DNA of 64,000 nucleotides from Planctomycetota bacterium (lineage in GTDB: Bacteria > Planctomycetota > UBA8108 > UBA1146 > JAJFFE01). The position numbers and the translations under genes were made by a program. Under the pieces are notes generated by a model. It was not told the origin of the DNA and made no database searches. It saw only the letters and a list, made by a program, of their open reading frames with translations. Positions 1-9,247 of this stretch are shown here, in pieces. The first letter of the stretch is position 1. Each line of letters opens with the position of its first letter. The stretch spans positions 1,758 to 65,757 of the forward strand of contig JBCCHQ010000016.1 of the NCBI GenBank assembly GCA_039028735.1. The letters run 5' to 3'.

Positions 1-1942
1 TGGCGGTAACGGTAGACCCGTTGCTCTCGCCCAGGTGTTCGGTCGCCAGCTGTACGTGCTGCTCGAGCATGCGCTGCGCTACTTCGGTGTGGTGCAAGTT
101 GTCGTGCGCAACAGCCACGACGCCGAGAGCAGCAATGGTCTCTCGGTGGGCAAGCCCATACTTCTTCTCGCACGCGCGGAAAGTGGCCTCGGCCACCGGT
201 AACCCTTCTTCGTACAGAGACAGTTCCAAGATCGCGTTCGCTAGGCCCAGCTGCGATCGCAGCGTTTCTGAATGATCCGCACCAAGGTGCTCCCGGCGCA
301 ACTCCAAGGACAGTTCGAACTGACGCCGCGCCCCAGGGGCCTCGCCGAGGCCAAGGTAGGTCTCCCCCAAAGCGTTGCGGATCCGCGCTTGGATCAACGG
401 TTGGTCCTTGAACTCTTCCTCCAGCCGTCGCTCTGCCTCCGCGAGTTCAGACCGTACCGAGCCATCCCCCCGCGTCAGACTCGACGGATTGGCAAAAGCG
501 AGAAGCTCGGTCAGAAATCGCGTCACCCGCTCCGATCCATCGAGTGCGGCCTCGGCGGCAGCCTGCGCTTGCAGCGCGTTCGTCCGCTCGGTCTCGGCAT
601 CGATTTTCGCGCGGAGGGCCGCAGCCTCTTGCTGCTCGGCGACAACACGCTGCTGCTGTGCCTCCACTTTTGCTTTCGTGGCTTTCGCTTCTTGGTCTTC
701 GGCGACGAGTCGCTGCCGTCTCTCGGCATAAATTGCGACCAGTAGAACTGCGATCACAGCTGCGGTGCCAACGACGATGGGACGATTGCGTCGGACGAAC
801 TTGCGCAGCTGATAGACCCGACTGGCCGGGCGAGCGGCGATCGGTTCGTTCTGAAGATGGCGCCGGATGTCCGCCGCTACCTCGGCCGCGGACGTGTAGC
901 GACGGTCCGGCTCTTTCTCGAGACACTTCTGGACGATCGTCTCGATATCGCCGCGGAATCGCCCGTCGGAACTGCTGATTCGTTCGGGCGGGTGATCGGC
1001 GATCAACGCGGCCGCCTCGACCAGCGAACGAGTGCCGACGTCTATCGGGTGCCGGCCACTGAGCAGTTCGTAGAGAACGACACCCAGCGAGTAGACGTCG
1101 GAGCGCGTGTCGATCAGGTCGCTGACCCCCTTGACCTGCTCGGGACTCATGTACGGCAGCGTGCCGATCAACTGCCCTTCCGTTGTGCGGTAGGTCGTGG
1201 TCCGCGGATCGGAATCGGCCGCGCGCGCGACGCCAAAATCTAGGACCTTGGGTTGTCCAACCCCAGCGCCAACCTGTGGAACCAAGATGTTGCCTGGCTT
1301 CAGATCACGGTGAATCACTCCTTGTTGGTGCGCGTGATGCACGGCGTCACAGACCTTGGCAATCAACTCGAGCCGGGCCCGCGTCGACAAGTCTTGATCT
1401 CGGGCGTACTCGTCAACGGGCTGCCCTTCGACCAACTCCATCGCAAAGTATGGGCTGGGTGTCGTGCCGTCCGCAGCGATCTCGGTGCCCGCTTCGTAGA
1501 TCTGCGCGATCCCGGGATGTTGTAGCAGCCCGAGAATCTGAGCCTCGAACTCGAAACGCCGCAACGCACGCTCGCCCATGAGCCCGGGGCGGATCATCTT
1601 CAACGCAACGGTGCGGCGGGGGTTCTCTTGTTCAGCGCGATAGACGACCCCCATGCCGCCGCGCCCCAAGACGCCGACGATTCGATACTGGCCGATCGAA
1701 GCTGGCATGCCATCGGTGACGTCCGTGACTGCTGCCGCCTCTCGGGCAATCCCTCGCGCGATCCCGGTGTCGAGGGCGGCTTCCGGCAACGCCTCGTCTC
1801 GCTGCAGCAAGTTCATGACGTCGCGTTGCAGGTCGTGATCGCTGCCACACTCGCGGTCGAGGTAGCGGCGACACTCTTCGGGAGCCATCTCGCACGCGGC
1901 CTCGAAGAGTTCTTCCATGCGCCGGAAGCGATCGGCATTCAT
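1..1942 (-). CDS. Ser/Thr protein kinase, membrane-anchored, TPR-like C-terminal region; partial (C-terminus beyond the left window edge)
   Basis: My reverse-strand translation gives GRGGMGVVYRA (Gly loop), VALK, HRDLKPGNIL, DFGVA, PYMSPEQ, SDVYSLGVVLYELLSG, then a TM helix (IVVGTAAVIAVLLVAIY), coiled-coil and TPR-like repeats. The frame stays open to position 1, and it is absent from the ORF track presumably because it lacks a stop in the window. Start ATG at 1942 overlaps the upstream sigma-factor stop (ATGA). Confidence 0.8.
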   Translation of the reverse strand, partial: MNADRFRRMEELFEAACEMAPEECRRYLDRECGSDHDLQRDVMNLLQRDEALPEAALDTGIARGIAREAAAVTDVTDGMPASIGQYRIVGVLGRGGMGVVYRAEQENPRRTVALKMIRPGLMGERALRRFEFEAQILGLLQHPGIAQIYEAGTEIAADGTTPSPYFAMELVEGQPVDEYARDQDLSTRARLELIAKVCDAVHHAHQQGVIHRDLKPGNILVPQVGAGVGQPKVLDFGVARAADSDPRTTTYRTTEGQLIGTLPYMSPEQVKGVSDLIDTRSDVYSLGVVLYELLSGRHPIDVGTRSLVEAAALIADHPPERISSSDGRFRGDIETIVQKCLEKEPDRRYTSAAEVAADIRRHLQNEPIAARPASRVYQLRKFVRRNRPIVVGTAAVIAVLLVAIYAERRQRLVAEDQEAKATKAKVEAQQQRVVAEQQEAAALRAKIDAETERTNALQAQAAAEAALDGSERVTRFLTELLAFANPSSLTRGDGSVRSELAEAERRLEEEFKDQPLIQARIRNALGETYLGLGEAPGARRQFELSLELRREHLGADHSETLRSQLGLANAILELSLYEEGLPVAEATFRACEKKYGLAHRETIAALGVVAVAHDNLHHTEVAQRMLEQHVQLATEHLGESNGSTVTA

Positions 1943-2511
1943 GACGCGCCCCCTTGCAGCGCTTGTGAAATCCAAGCACGCGCGAAGCGCCAATCCTTGC
2001 TGACCGTCATGTGTGAGACCTCGAGGGCAGATGCTGTCTCTTCGATGTTCAGTCCGCCGAAGAAACGCAGCTCGACGACCTTCGACTTGCGAGCGTCGAG
2101 TGCAGCGAGTTTCGTCAACGCCGCATCGAGATCGAGAACGTCGACATCCGGCGCCTGCATCGGGCTGACTTGCTCGTCGAGCGTAATCCTTCGGAGGCCC
2201 CCACCGCGTTTCTCGACAGCGCGCCCGCGAGCATGGTCGACGAGGATGCTCCGCATCGCCGTGGCAGCCGTAGCTACGAAGTGCGCCTTGTCATTCCACG
2301 CACCCTGCGTGCGATCTGCCAGCTTCAGGTAGGCTTCGTGCACGAGAGCGGTCGGCTGTAGAGTGTGGCCCAAGGGTTGGCGCCGGAAGTAGTTCGCGGC
2401 CAGCTGCCGCAGCTCTTCGTAGACGAGTGGCAGCACCGCGTCACTGTCGACGCTGTCGTAGCTATCTCGCACACCATCACCGGCCATCTGGCTCCTCCTA
2501 GAGCATCCCAA
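1939..2511 (-). CDS. ECF-type RNA polymerase sigma factor (STK-associated)
   Basis: Sigma-70 region 2 (LVYEELRQLAANYF, LVHEAYLKL) and region 4 (VVELRFFGGLNIEETASALEVSHMTVSKDW) motifs. Four-nt overlap with the kinase start. Confidence 0.8.
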   Translation of the reverse strand: MGCSRRSQMAGDGVRDSYDSVDSDAVLPLVYEELRQLAANYFRRQPLGHTLQPTALVHEAYLKLADRTQGAWNDKAHFVATAATAMRSILVDHARGRAVEKRGGGLRRITLDEQVSPMQAPDVDVLDLDAALTKLAALDARKSKVVELRFFGGLNIEETASALEVSHMTVSKDWRFARAWISQALQGGAS

Positions 2512-2630
2512 CAGCCCTGCATTCTATCCCAAAAAAGAGTTGGGAGCGCAGACGGCAATCTCGTTTAGCCAGATGACGGGGTGGGAGTGGGCGCTCTCCC
2601 CTGGACCCAGAACCCCAAGGAGGTTCTCTG

Positions 2631-4850
2631 ATGGCACGGACGAGTTCGCACAACTTGACGGTACTCTGCTTTGCGGTATCTACATTCCTGACAGGTTTCT
2701 CAGGGGGCGCGTGGGCCCAGGGGGGCCCCGGAGTCGTTGGCAATCGCCAGATCGACGGGATCGCAACCCGACCTGGGTCGGCGCCGGGAACTCACGCCGT
2801 GCACGTCCTGTGGTCGGCAGGCACCGGCCCAGCGACAGCGACAGCGGACTGGAGCACACTCATCGAAGTGCGCGTCAACGGCACGACCGCCGCTTCGGTG
2901 ACGGCGACCGCCATCGCACTGGGCGCAATCGACTGCAACCTACCCGTCGGCGGCTGCAGCAGTAGTGCCTGCGGCAGTTGGAGCACCGGCGCGCTGACGG
3001 TCGACGGCTTCTGCCGTCCCTCTTCGGCTGCGACTGGCGGCTGCGAATGTGGCGCCTTGTTCATCACGGAGCTACCGCCGGTGCCGCTGGTCCCCGGCGA
3101 TGAGATCATGGTGATCTTGCTCCCCGCTCCAGGCGCACTCCCGGATTCCAATACTACAGACGACACCTGGGTACAGACATTCTCGAAGACGATCGCCGGT
3201 CCGAACCGGTCGATTCAGAGCGTCGAGCTCCAGCCCAGCCCGACCGGCGGCACCAACATTCATGTGAGCTACCACGTCGAGTCGGGTCCCTCCAGCACAA
3301 CGCTCGACCTGAGCACCGGCATCCAGGTGCTCTTGAACGGCACTGTGATCTCGGACACGACACACACACTCGGCAAAAACCCTGATTTTGGTTCTTGCGA
3401 GAACAACGCCTGCGAGAACCAACAGGGTTGCGCGCTGTACTTGAGCCCCGCGAGCCCACCCATTGGCGGCGCTTGCCTAGGCAGCAAGACGCAACAAACG
3501 TGTGCCTGCACGGTCGCTTTCGCGACGGATGTTCCGGCGGCACCGTTGACCCCGACCGATGAGATCATGGTGATCCTCTATCCAGCCGCGGGCGCCTGGC
3601 CAGATCTCCCGGCACTGCCAGCCGACGACGTCAGTGTTGCACCAACTCAAGGCAATCGACGCATCGCAGCCATTGCGTCGCAGCCTGCAGCTACCGCAGG
3701 CAGCGAGGTCGTCTGCGTGATCTGGGAGATCAACGCAAAGCAGTCGACTGTCCCGCAGGATTTCTCGACGCGCCTCGACCTCGTCGTCAACGGGGTTCCC
3801 GTCGCATCGGCGTTGCAGACGGCAATTGCCCTGCAAGCGACCGACTGCGCCCTCTCCGGCGGCTGCACCCAAGGCATTTGTGGCAGCTGGGACAACGGTC
3901 TCGCCATAAGCGATGGTTTCTGCCGCGACATCTCCGGGCCGGCCAGCCCACCCGAGTGTATGTGCGGACACTGGTTCACGACCGACTTCCCGCCGGTACC
4001 GCTGCAACCCGGTGACGAAATCATGATCATCCTGTATCCAGCCCCCGGAGCACTGCCCGACGGCGTCGAGCACGATGACACGTGGGCACAAGTTCACGCC
4101 GGTCCGATCGCCGGGCCCAACCGCTCGTTCTCTTCGGTACAGGTGACGCCCAGCTCCGCAGCGCCCGGCACCTCCGACGTTCACATCGAGTATCGTGTGG
4201 AGGCCGGCCCTTCCGTGCTCGCGCTGGATCTCAGCACCGAAGTCGAGATCCAGGTCAACGGCGTCGTCGTGCACAACTCGACGCGCACGATCAGCAAGAA
4301 CCCCGACCTTGGCAGCTGCGACAACAACGCGTGCCTGAACATGATCGGGTGCGCGATCTTCGATTGCCCACCGACGATTGGCGTCGCGGGACAGTGCTTC
4401 TTCAGTCAAACGCAGCAGAACTGCGTCTGCGCGACTCTTCTGTCACTCGACGTGGGAGCGATCCCGCTGGACCCGAACGACGACCTCGTCGTGATCCTGC
4501 GCCCCGTGCCAGGCGCCCTGCCGGAGCTCCCAGGATTCCCGCCAGACGACGAAGGGATGCCTGATCCGACCGCACCGAACTTCGATCGTGGCGACTGCAA
4601 TGCGGACGCCAACTTCGATATCGGCGATCCAGTCACGCTACTGTCGGAGCTCTTCGGGGGGCAGACTCCGGGGCCGTGCGCAGACGCGTGCGACATGAAC
4701 GACGACGGAACGAAGAACATCGCCGACGCAGTCTATGCTCTGAACGCACTGTTCAACGCAGGCGCTGCCCCGCCCAGCCCACACGATGCCTGTGGCGTCG
4801 ATCCAACGAACGACCCACTGGACTGCGCAAGCTACGCGCCCTGCCCATGA
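2631..4850 (+). CDS. Secreted Cys-rich protein with four internal repeats and a C-terminal dockerin-like (type I) module
   Basis: AAGGAGG RBS. Signal peptide (LTVLCFAVSTFLTGFSGGAWAQG). Repeated (D/N)(E/D)(I/L)(M/V)(V/I)IL.P.PGA.P motif four times, with Cys-rich blocks (GSCENNACENQQGC / GSCDNNACLNMIGC). C-terminus: DCNADANFDIGDPVTLLSELF...CDMNDDGTKNIADAVYALNALF (dockerin duplicated Ca-binding segments) plus a Cys tail (CASYAPCP). Confidence 0.75.
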   Translation: MARTSSHNLTVLCFAVSTFLTGFSGGAWAQGGPGVVGNRQIDGIATRPGSAPGTHAVHVLWSAGTGPATATADWSTLIEVRVNGTTAASVTATAIALGAIDCNLPVGGCSSSACGSWSTGALTVDGFCRPSSAATGGCECGALFITELPPVPLVPGDEIMVILLPAPGALPDSNTTDDTWVQTFSKTIAGPNRSIQSVELQPSPTGGTNIHVSYHVESGPSSTTLDLSTGIQVLLNGTVISDTTHTLGKNPDFGSCENNACENQQGCALYLSPASPPIGGACLGSKTQQTCACTVAFATDVPAAPLTPTDEIMVILYPAAGAWPDLPALPADDVSVAPTQGNRRIAAIASQPAATAGSEVVCVIWEINAKQSTVPQDFSTRLDLVVNGVPVASALQTAIALQATDCALSGGCTQGICGSWDNGLAISDGFCRDISGPASPPECMCGHWFTTDFPPVPLQPGDEIMIILYPAPGALPDGVEHDDTWAQVHAGPIAGPNRSFSSVQVTPSSAAPGTSDVHIEYRVEAGPSVLALDLSTEVEIQVNGVVVHNSTRTISKNPDLGSCDNNACLNMIGCAIFDCPPTIGVAGQCFFSQTQQNCVCATLLSLDVGAIPLDPNDDLVVILRPVPGALPELPGFPPDDEGMPDPTAPNFDRGDCNADANFDIGDPVTLLSELFGGQTPGPCADACDMNDDGTKNIADAVYALNALFNAGAAPPSPHDACGVDPTNDPLDCASYAPCP

Positions 4851-4907
4851 GTGCCCGCGCCGCAGCGCGCGACCGCACCTAAGCAGTGAAACTCTTGAAG
4901 TGCCAAC

Positions 4908-4945
4908 ACGGGGGCGAGCTGCGGCTCGTCCCCGTCTGTTTGTCC
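4908..4945 (+). terminator. Putative intrinsic terminator after the dockerin-protein gene
   Basis: Hairpin gggggcgagc-tgcg-gctcgtcccc (one mismatch) followed by a T-rich gtctgtttgt. Confidence 0.35.
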
Positions 4946-5028
4946 GGGGCGGGGTCAGCTTCGAACAGCGCCGCCGGAGTCTTGAGCCCCCAGCGGCCGG
5001 AACACACAGCGGCTAGAACACCCAGCGG

Positions 5029-7461
5029 CTAGTACACCCAGGGTCTGGCCTGCTTGATGAGCAGCTTGCCCTTGCGCGTGATCTTGAACTCGATCTCCAT
5101 TGCGAACTGTGCGTCGGGCGTCTGCTCGTAGAGGTTGCGGAACTCCTTCTCGATCGTCCGCAAGGCGCGGCGCAGCTCGAGCAGATGGGGCTGACTCAGC
5201 AACCGACCGCCTCCTTCGACGCGGCTCGCAGTCCGTACCACGGTGTCGGTCCTTGGATTGCGCGGACTCAGGAGGATCTCCTCGGGCGCAGCTTCGGAAT
5301 CGGGGTTCGTCACCAGGTCCTCGCCGACCTGCGCGTTCACGTAAAAACGTGGCCCACCGCGGGCTGCCGAGTCATACAAAATGTCTTGGGTGACGGCGAC
5401 ACCGTTGGCCTGCTCCTTCTTCTGATTGCGGTGCAGCAACACGCCCATCGCCGTCTTCAGGTGATCGACACGATAGAACTCGCGCTCCTCGAACGCGCGA
5501 TAGTTCCATGCGCTCGCATAGACCTGCTTGATGGACTTGGCGAGGTGCCCCTCGCCCTTCTTGTGCGTGAAAGAATCGTACAGCCCTGCGCCGCTGAAAC
5601 CCGGCAAGTCCTCGTTGTTCGTGCTCGACCGGCAGCGGATCGACTTCCCTTTCGGGAACTCTCGTCGCACCTTCGCAAGCGCGTCCAGCGCCCACTGCGG
5701 CATCTCTGCGTCCTTGATTGCCGCACGGAACTGCTGCAACGCTTGATCGCGCCGGTTCGCGTCCTTCTTGAATTCTTCCGCCGCCATCATCTTCTGCGCC
5801 ATCGCGTACAGCCCGTTGTGGCGCATGAACTCGTCGTAGAACGAGAACGGCACGGCATAACCATTGGGGATCAGCTTCTTCCTCAGCCCCAGCTTGCGCA
5901 GCGCGGCTAGGTTCGCCGCCTTGACGCCGAAACGCGCCGAGTCGCTGAAGCCAATGTCGTCGAGCGCCCGAATCTCTTTGACCGAAAGGTCACGCGGTGG
6001 CAGTTGAGCAGAAGCTGGACGCAGCGACGCAAAGTGAGCCTCCACTTCTTCTGCATCGGCTTCGCGCAACTGGTAGCCATCGGCGGCAACAGTGTATTTG
6101 ACGTACTTGCCGATCAACGCCTGGATGGCAGCGTTCTCGAGTGCGTTTGCGATGAACGCGTTTGGGACATTGTCCTGCACTGCCCGAAGATTCACATGCG
6201 AAAGCGGCGTTTGTCGCACCGCTGTGATCACACCCGCCACTCGCGGCATCTCGTTGGGCAAAGTCGAGTACAACACAACGTCGCGAATTCCGGGACGTTG
6301 ATTGGTCTTCATCAGTCGCAGCCGACCAAAAGACGTCGCCTGGTGCAGCGGCAGGAAGGCAATGCCTGCGTACTGCTCCGAGGACTCCTCGAAGACAGGT
6401 AGATTTGCGTCGTAGTAGCGATCGAACTCTGTCAAGTACTGCCGCTTGGCCGTCGGCAGCAGGTGGTACGACAGATTTCCGCGCAAGATCGGCGCCGTCT
6501 TCTCGAGCATCTTGAAGGCCACTTGCACGAGCTCGAATTCGTAAGCATCCTCTGGCTCGAACTCGAACGTGTAGTGACCGGACCGACCGGATGGAGACTT
6601 GAGCAGCGGCCGATAGACCAGCACACCGCGCATTTGATCATAGCCGCCACGCGCCAAGCCAATCGCGCCGCTGAACATCATGTGCGCGCGATGCGTCTTC
6701 GTGTTCATGAAGTACATCGTCGGTTTGTCGCCAGCCGCGTTCTCGATCTGAAATTTGACGTATTCGACGCCGCGCAGGTGTGTGTCGATCAGTACTTCAT
6801 CGCCTTGGTACGACATCTCTTTGAAAGTCGCGCGGTCCTTGATCTCAGCGACGCCGTCCTTGCGATCGAGATCTTGCGGCTGCACAGGGCCGCCGGCACG
6901 CTGGGTGCGGCCTCCGCGACGCGCGCCGCCGCCAGGACGGCGCCCGAAGATGGGCTGCAGCTCGCTTGCTGACAGCATCCCGTCGGCATCCTCGTCCAAC
7001 TTCCGCAGCAAGACCGCTGCGTCGCTGACTTCGTCTTCGAACAGCTCCCCATCCCGATCGAGATCCAACGCGATCATCACCGGCAGCATGCGCAGAATCC
7101 CACCGGGCCCCATCGGCGGGCCTCGGCGACGGCCTCTTCCCTCGCCGAACGCCGAGGCTTCCGGCGTAATCTCATCGGTTGTCAGATTTCCGTCCTTATT
7201 CACGTCGAGCGTGAGGAGTTTCTGGTGAGCTGCTGCGATCTCTTCGGCTGACAACGCTCCATCGGAATTCTCGTCCAGAGCCTTCATCATCGGAAACGAC
7301 TGCATCATGTCGCCGAAACCTCGTCGCCCTCGTCGCGGAGGTCCATCTTGAGCCAAGGTTAGCGTCGTCACGGCGAGTAAGATCGCGACGAGAATCGTGA
7401 CCGCAATGGTGCCGCTGAGAAGTGCGGGCGCCGGCGCGTTTCGATGTGGAGAAGAGCGCAT
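5029..7461 (-). CDS. Membrane-anchored protein with four EF-hands, a PEP-utilising swivel His domain and a PPDK_N/ATP-grasp (pyruvate phosphate dikinase N-terminal-like) domain
   Basis: N-terminal TM. Four canonical 12-residue EF-hand loops (DENSDGALSAEE, DVNKDGNLTTDE, DLDRDGELFEDE, DEDADGMLSASE). Swivel-like TPLSHVNLRAVQDNVPNAF. C-terminal nucleotide-binding region GVKAANLAAL...RSSTNNEDLPGFSGAGLYDSF...GVAVTQ resembles PEP synthase/PPDK_N. Domain order is the reverse of PpsA. Confidence 0.75.
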   Translation of the reverse strand: MRSSPHRNAPAPALLSGTIAVTILVAILLAVTTLTLAQDGPPRRGRRGFGDMMQSFPMMKALDENSDGALSAEEIAAAHQKLLTLDVNKDGNLTTDEITPEASAFGEGRGRRRGPPMGPGGILRMLPVMIALDLDRDGELFEDEVSDAAVLLRKLDEDADGMLSASELQPIFGRRPGGGARRGGRTQRAGGPVQPQDLDRKDGVAEIKDRATFKEMSYQGDEVLIDTHLRGVEYVKFQIENAAGDKPTMYFMNTKTHRAHMMFSGAIGLARGGYDQMRGVLVYRPLLKSPSGRSGHYTFEFEPEDAYEFELVQVAFKMLEKTAPILRGNLSYHLLPTAKRQYLTEFDRYYDANLPVFEESSEQYAGIAFLPLHQATSFGRLRLMKTNQRPGIRDVVLYSTLPNEMPRVAGVITAVRQTPLSHVNLRAVQDNVPNAFIANALENAAIQALIGKYVKYTVAADGYQLREADAEEVEAHFASLRPASAQLPPRDLSVKEIRALDDIGFSDSARFGVKAANLAALRKLGLRKKLIPNGYAVPFSFYDEFMRHNGLYAMAQKMMAAEEFKKDANRRDQALQQFRAAIKDAEMPQWALDALAKVRREFPKGKSIRCRSSTNNEDLPGFSGAGLYDSFTHKKGEGHLAKSIKQVYASAWNYRAFEEREFYRVDHLKTAMGVLLHRNQKKEQANGVAVTQDILYDSAARGGPRFYVNAQVGEDLVTNPDSEAAPEEILLSPRNPRTDTVVRTASRVEGGGRLLSQPHLLELRRALRTIEKEFRNLYEQTPDAQFAMEIEFKITRKGKLLIKQARPWVY

Positions 7462-7482
7462 TTGCTCCCTTTCGAGTGACCC

Positions 7483-8262
7483 TCAGAAGATGCTGATGTA
7501 GCCGAGCTGCTCGCAGCCGGTGACGTACTTGGAGAAGCGCGCCTTCCGCGCCGGCAACGGCCGCAAGGCACCGTGCACTGCAGCGTGCTCAGTCGGTGCG
7601 TGCTTACACTCAATCAAAGCGACGCCACTGAGCCGGTGCACGAACCGACGTGATAGGCAACGCCGAAAGAGCTGAGGATAGAAGCGAATGTTGTAGTCCA
7701 GCGTGAACCGGGCGCCTGAACCATCGAGGGCGAAGTGCTCGCGGTCGTACTCAACGAGCACGACGGCTTCCGTGTCGTCGTACAAGTGTCGCGTGTAGGG
7801 ATCGGGAATCGTCCGACGAAGCGCAGCGTGCAGGCGCTTCAGTGGCGTCGACTGGAAGTCACTGTCGTTGCCGATGCGTAGACGGTGCTTGCCGGTCGCT
7901 CGGTGGCGGCGCCACTTCTTCTCATAGAAGAAGTGATCGCCGGGGTAAGGCTGATCGTACCACCGTAGCCGCGTCTTGTGGCGCAGTCCCACACCGTCGA
8001 GGTTCGCACGGCAAGCACTCAGCCGCGGATCGTCGAAGTAGATGCTAGCAACTTTCGACACTCGGTCGCCGTAGACGATCGGTGTGCAGCTGCGCCGCAA
8101 GGTCGTGCGCAGGGTAGCAACATCGAAGTTGGTGAATACGTACTTCGACTCGCGTCGAAGCGACAAATCATCGCGCGCCTTGCCATCGTCGAGCAGCCTT
8201 AGCCTCGCGCCTGACGTTGACATCAGAGCAGCCCGGCGCTGTTGACATAGGAGATCTGGCAA
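7483..8262 (-). CDS. VTC-domain (polyphosphate polymerase-like/CYTH-like tunnel) protein
   Basis: Roughly 250-aa soluble protein. Sequence character (KYVFTNFD..., conserved R/K/E/Y pattern) matches bacterial VTC-domain proteins that neighbour DUF4956. Assignment by recall only, not searched. Confidence 0.6.
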   Translation of the reverse strand: MPDLLCQQRRAALMSTSGARLRLLDDGKARDDLSLRRESKYVFTNFDVATLRTTLRRSCTPIVYGDRVSKVASIYFDDPRLSACRANLDGVGLRHKTRLRWYDQPYPGDHFFYEKKWRRHRATGKHRLRIGNDSDFQSTPLKRLHAALRRTIPDPYTRHLYDDTEAVVLVEYDREHFALDGSGARFTLDYNIRFYPQLFRRCLSRRFVHRLSGVALIECKHAPTEHAAVHGALRPLPARKARFSKYVTGCEQLGYISIF

Positions 8263-8906
8263 TCGGGGAGTCGGCTGCGCAACTCGGCAATCAAGTTCGG
8301 CGCCGATTCAGGCTCGACTCGATGCAGTCGTACCCGCAACTGCCCCTCCTCGCCGTCGATCTCGCAACGCTGAACTGTCAGATGCGGGTGCAGGTCGCGC
8401 ACCGCTGCCAGCGCCAGCTCTTCCCCCGCAAACATCGACGCTGGCCCAACGATCGTCAGGTAAGCCTCGCCATCGCTTGTGCGGAGGCGATCGAACAGCA
8501 GCACGAACACGGTCGCCACGCCAACCAGAGCTATGGCTAGCCACAACTGTTGGGCACCCAGCGTCAAGCCGACGCCGATACAGAGGAACAAATACACGAG
8601 TTCTTCGGGATCCTTGATCGCAGCGCGAAAACGCACAATCGACAGGGCCCCTACCAAGCCTAGCGACAAAGCCAGCGATGACTTCACGACCGTGATCACG
8701 GCGATCGTGACCAGGGTCAGCAGCGGGAAGACCTTGGCGATCGAATCCCCCCCGGCTTGCGGACTGGTGCGGCGATAGAGGAAGCGAATGAACATCGCCA
8801 GCAGCCCGCCGAGCAACAAGCTGAAGCAAAACTGCGAAAGCGATGTCGTCGGTGCCGCGAACGTTGGCTCGAGGTGCTGCCACTGGTCGACGAGCCACTG
8901 TTTCAC
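8223..8906 (-). CDS. DUF4956-family membrane protein
   Basis: Polytopic N-terminal half with the signature SLGLVGALSIVRFRAAIKDPEELVYLF, plus a soluble C-terminal domain. Typical genomic partner of VTC-domain genes. Confidence 0.65.
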   Translation of the reverse strand: MKQWLVDQWQHLEPTFAAPTTSLSQFCFSLLLGGLLAMFIRFLYRRTSPQAGGDSIAKVFPLLTLVTIAVITVVKSSLALSLGLVGALSIVRFRAAIKDPEELVYLFLCIGVGLTLGAQQLWLAIALVGVATVFVLLFDRLRTSDGEAYLTIVGPASMFAGEELALAAVRDLHPHLTVQRCEIDGEEGQLRVRLHRVEPESAPNLIAELRSRLPDCQISYVNSAGLL

Positions 8907-9247
8907 GGCAAGCCTCTATAGCGCTGGGGCCCGATCGATGGGCCACTCGAAGTCGAAGGAAGTCAGAATCTGCGCCTACTGCGTGGGAGCCTAGCAGAGC
9001 ATGCCCCGAAATGGCCACCCTTCCGGGTTCTACCACGAACACGAGACATACGGCCTCCCCAGCCCTATGCGACAACAACTGCACGAAGTTCGGCCCAGTA
9101 CACCGGGTTTGCCAAACTTTCCCGCGTTTTGGGGCCCTGCGGCGTGACACTCGCCCGAAGGCGGCTCGTCCTTGCTGCCTCGGCGTGGGCATGTTGCAAT
9201 TGGAGCGACCCTCCAGTTTCAAGACCCAGAGCCCTGAGGAGCTGCCG

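Noticed and set aside
3477-4409. Long antisense ORFs in the track (for example 3477-4409 -, 20236-21780 +, 32099-33310 -, 33977-35689 -, 56128-57462 +, 48965-50560 +)
   Set aside because: They overlap well-supported genes on the opposite strand and have Arg/Ala/Gly/Pro-biased, low-complexity translations typical of GC-rich antisense frames. No motifs recognised.
8843-9247. 5' extension of the VOC protein ORF (track start 8843)
   Set aside because: The extension overlaps the DUF4956 gene on the other strand and lacks protein-like composition. The ATG at 9248 precedes a proper signal peptide.
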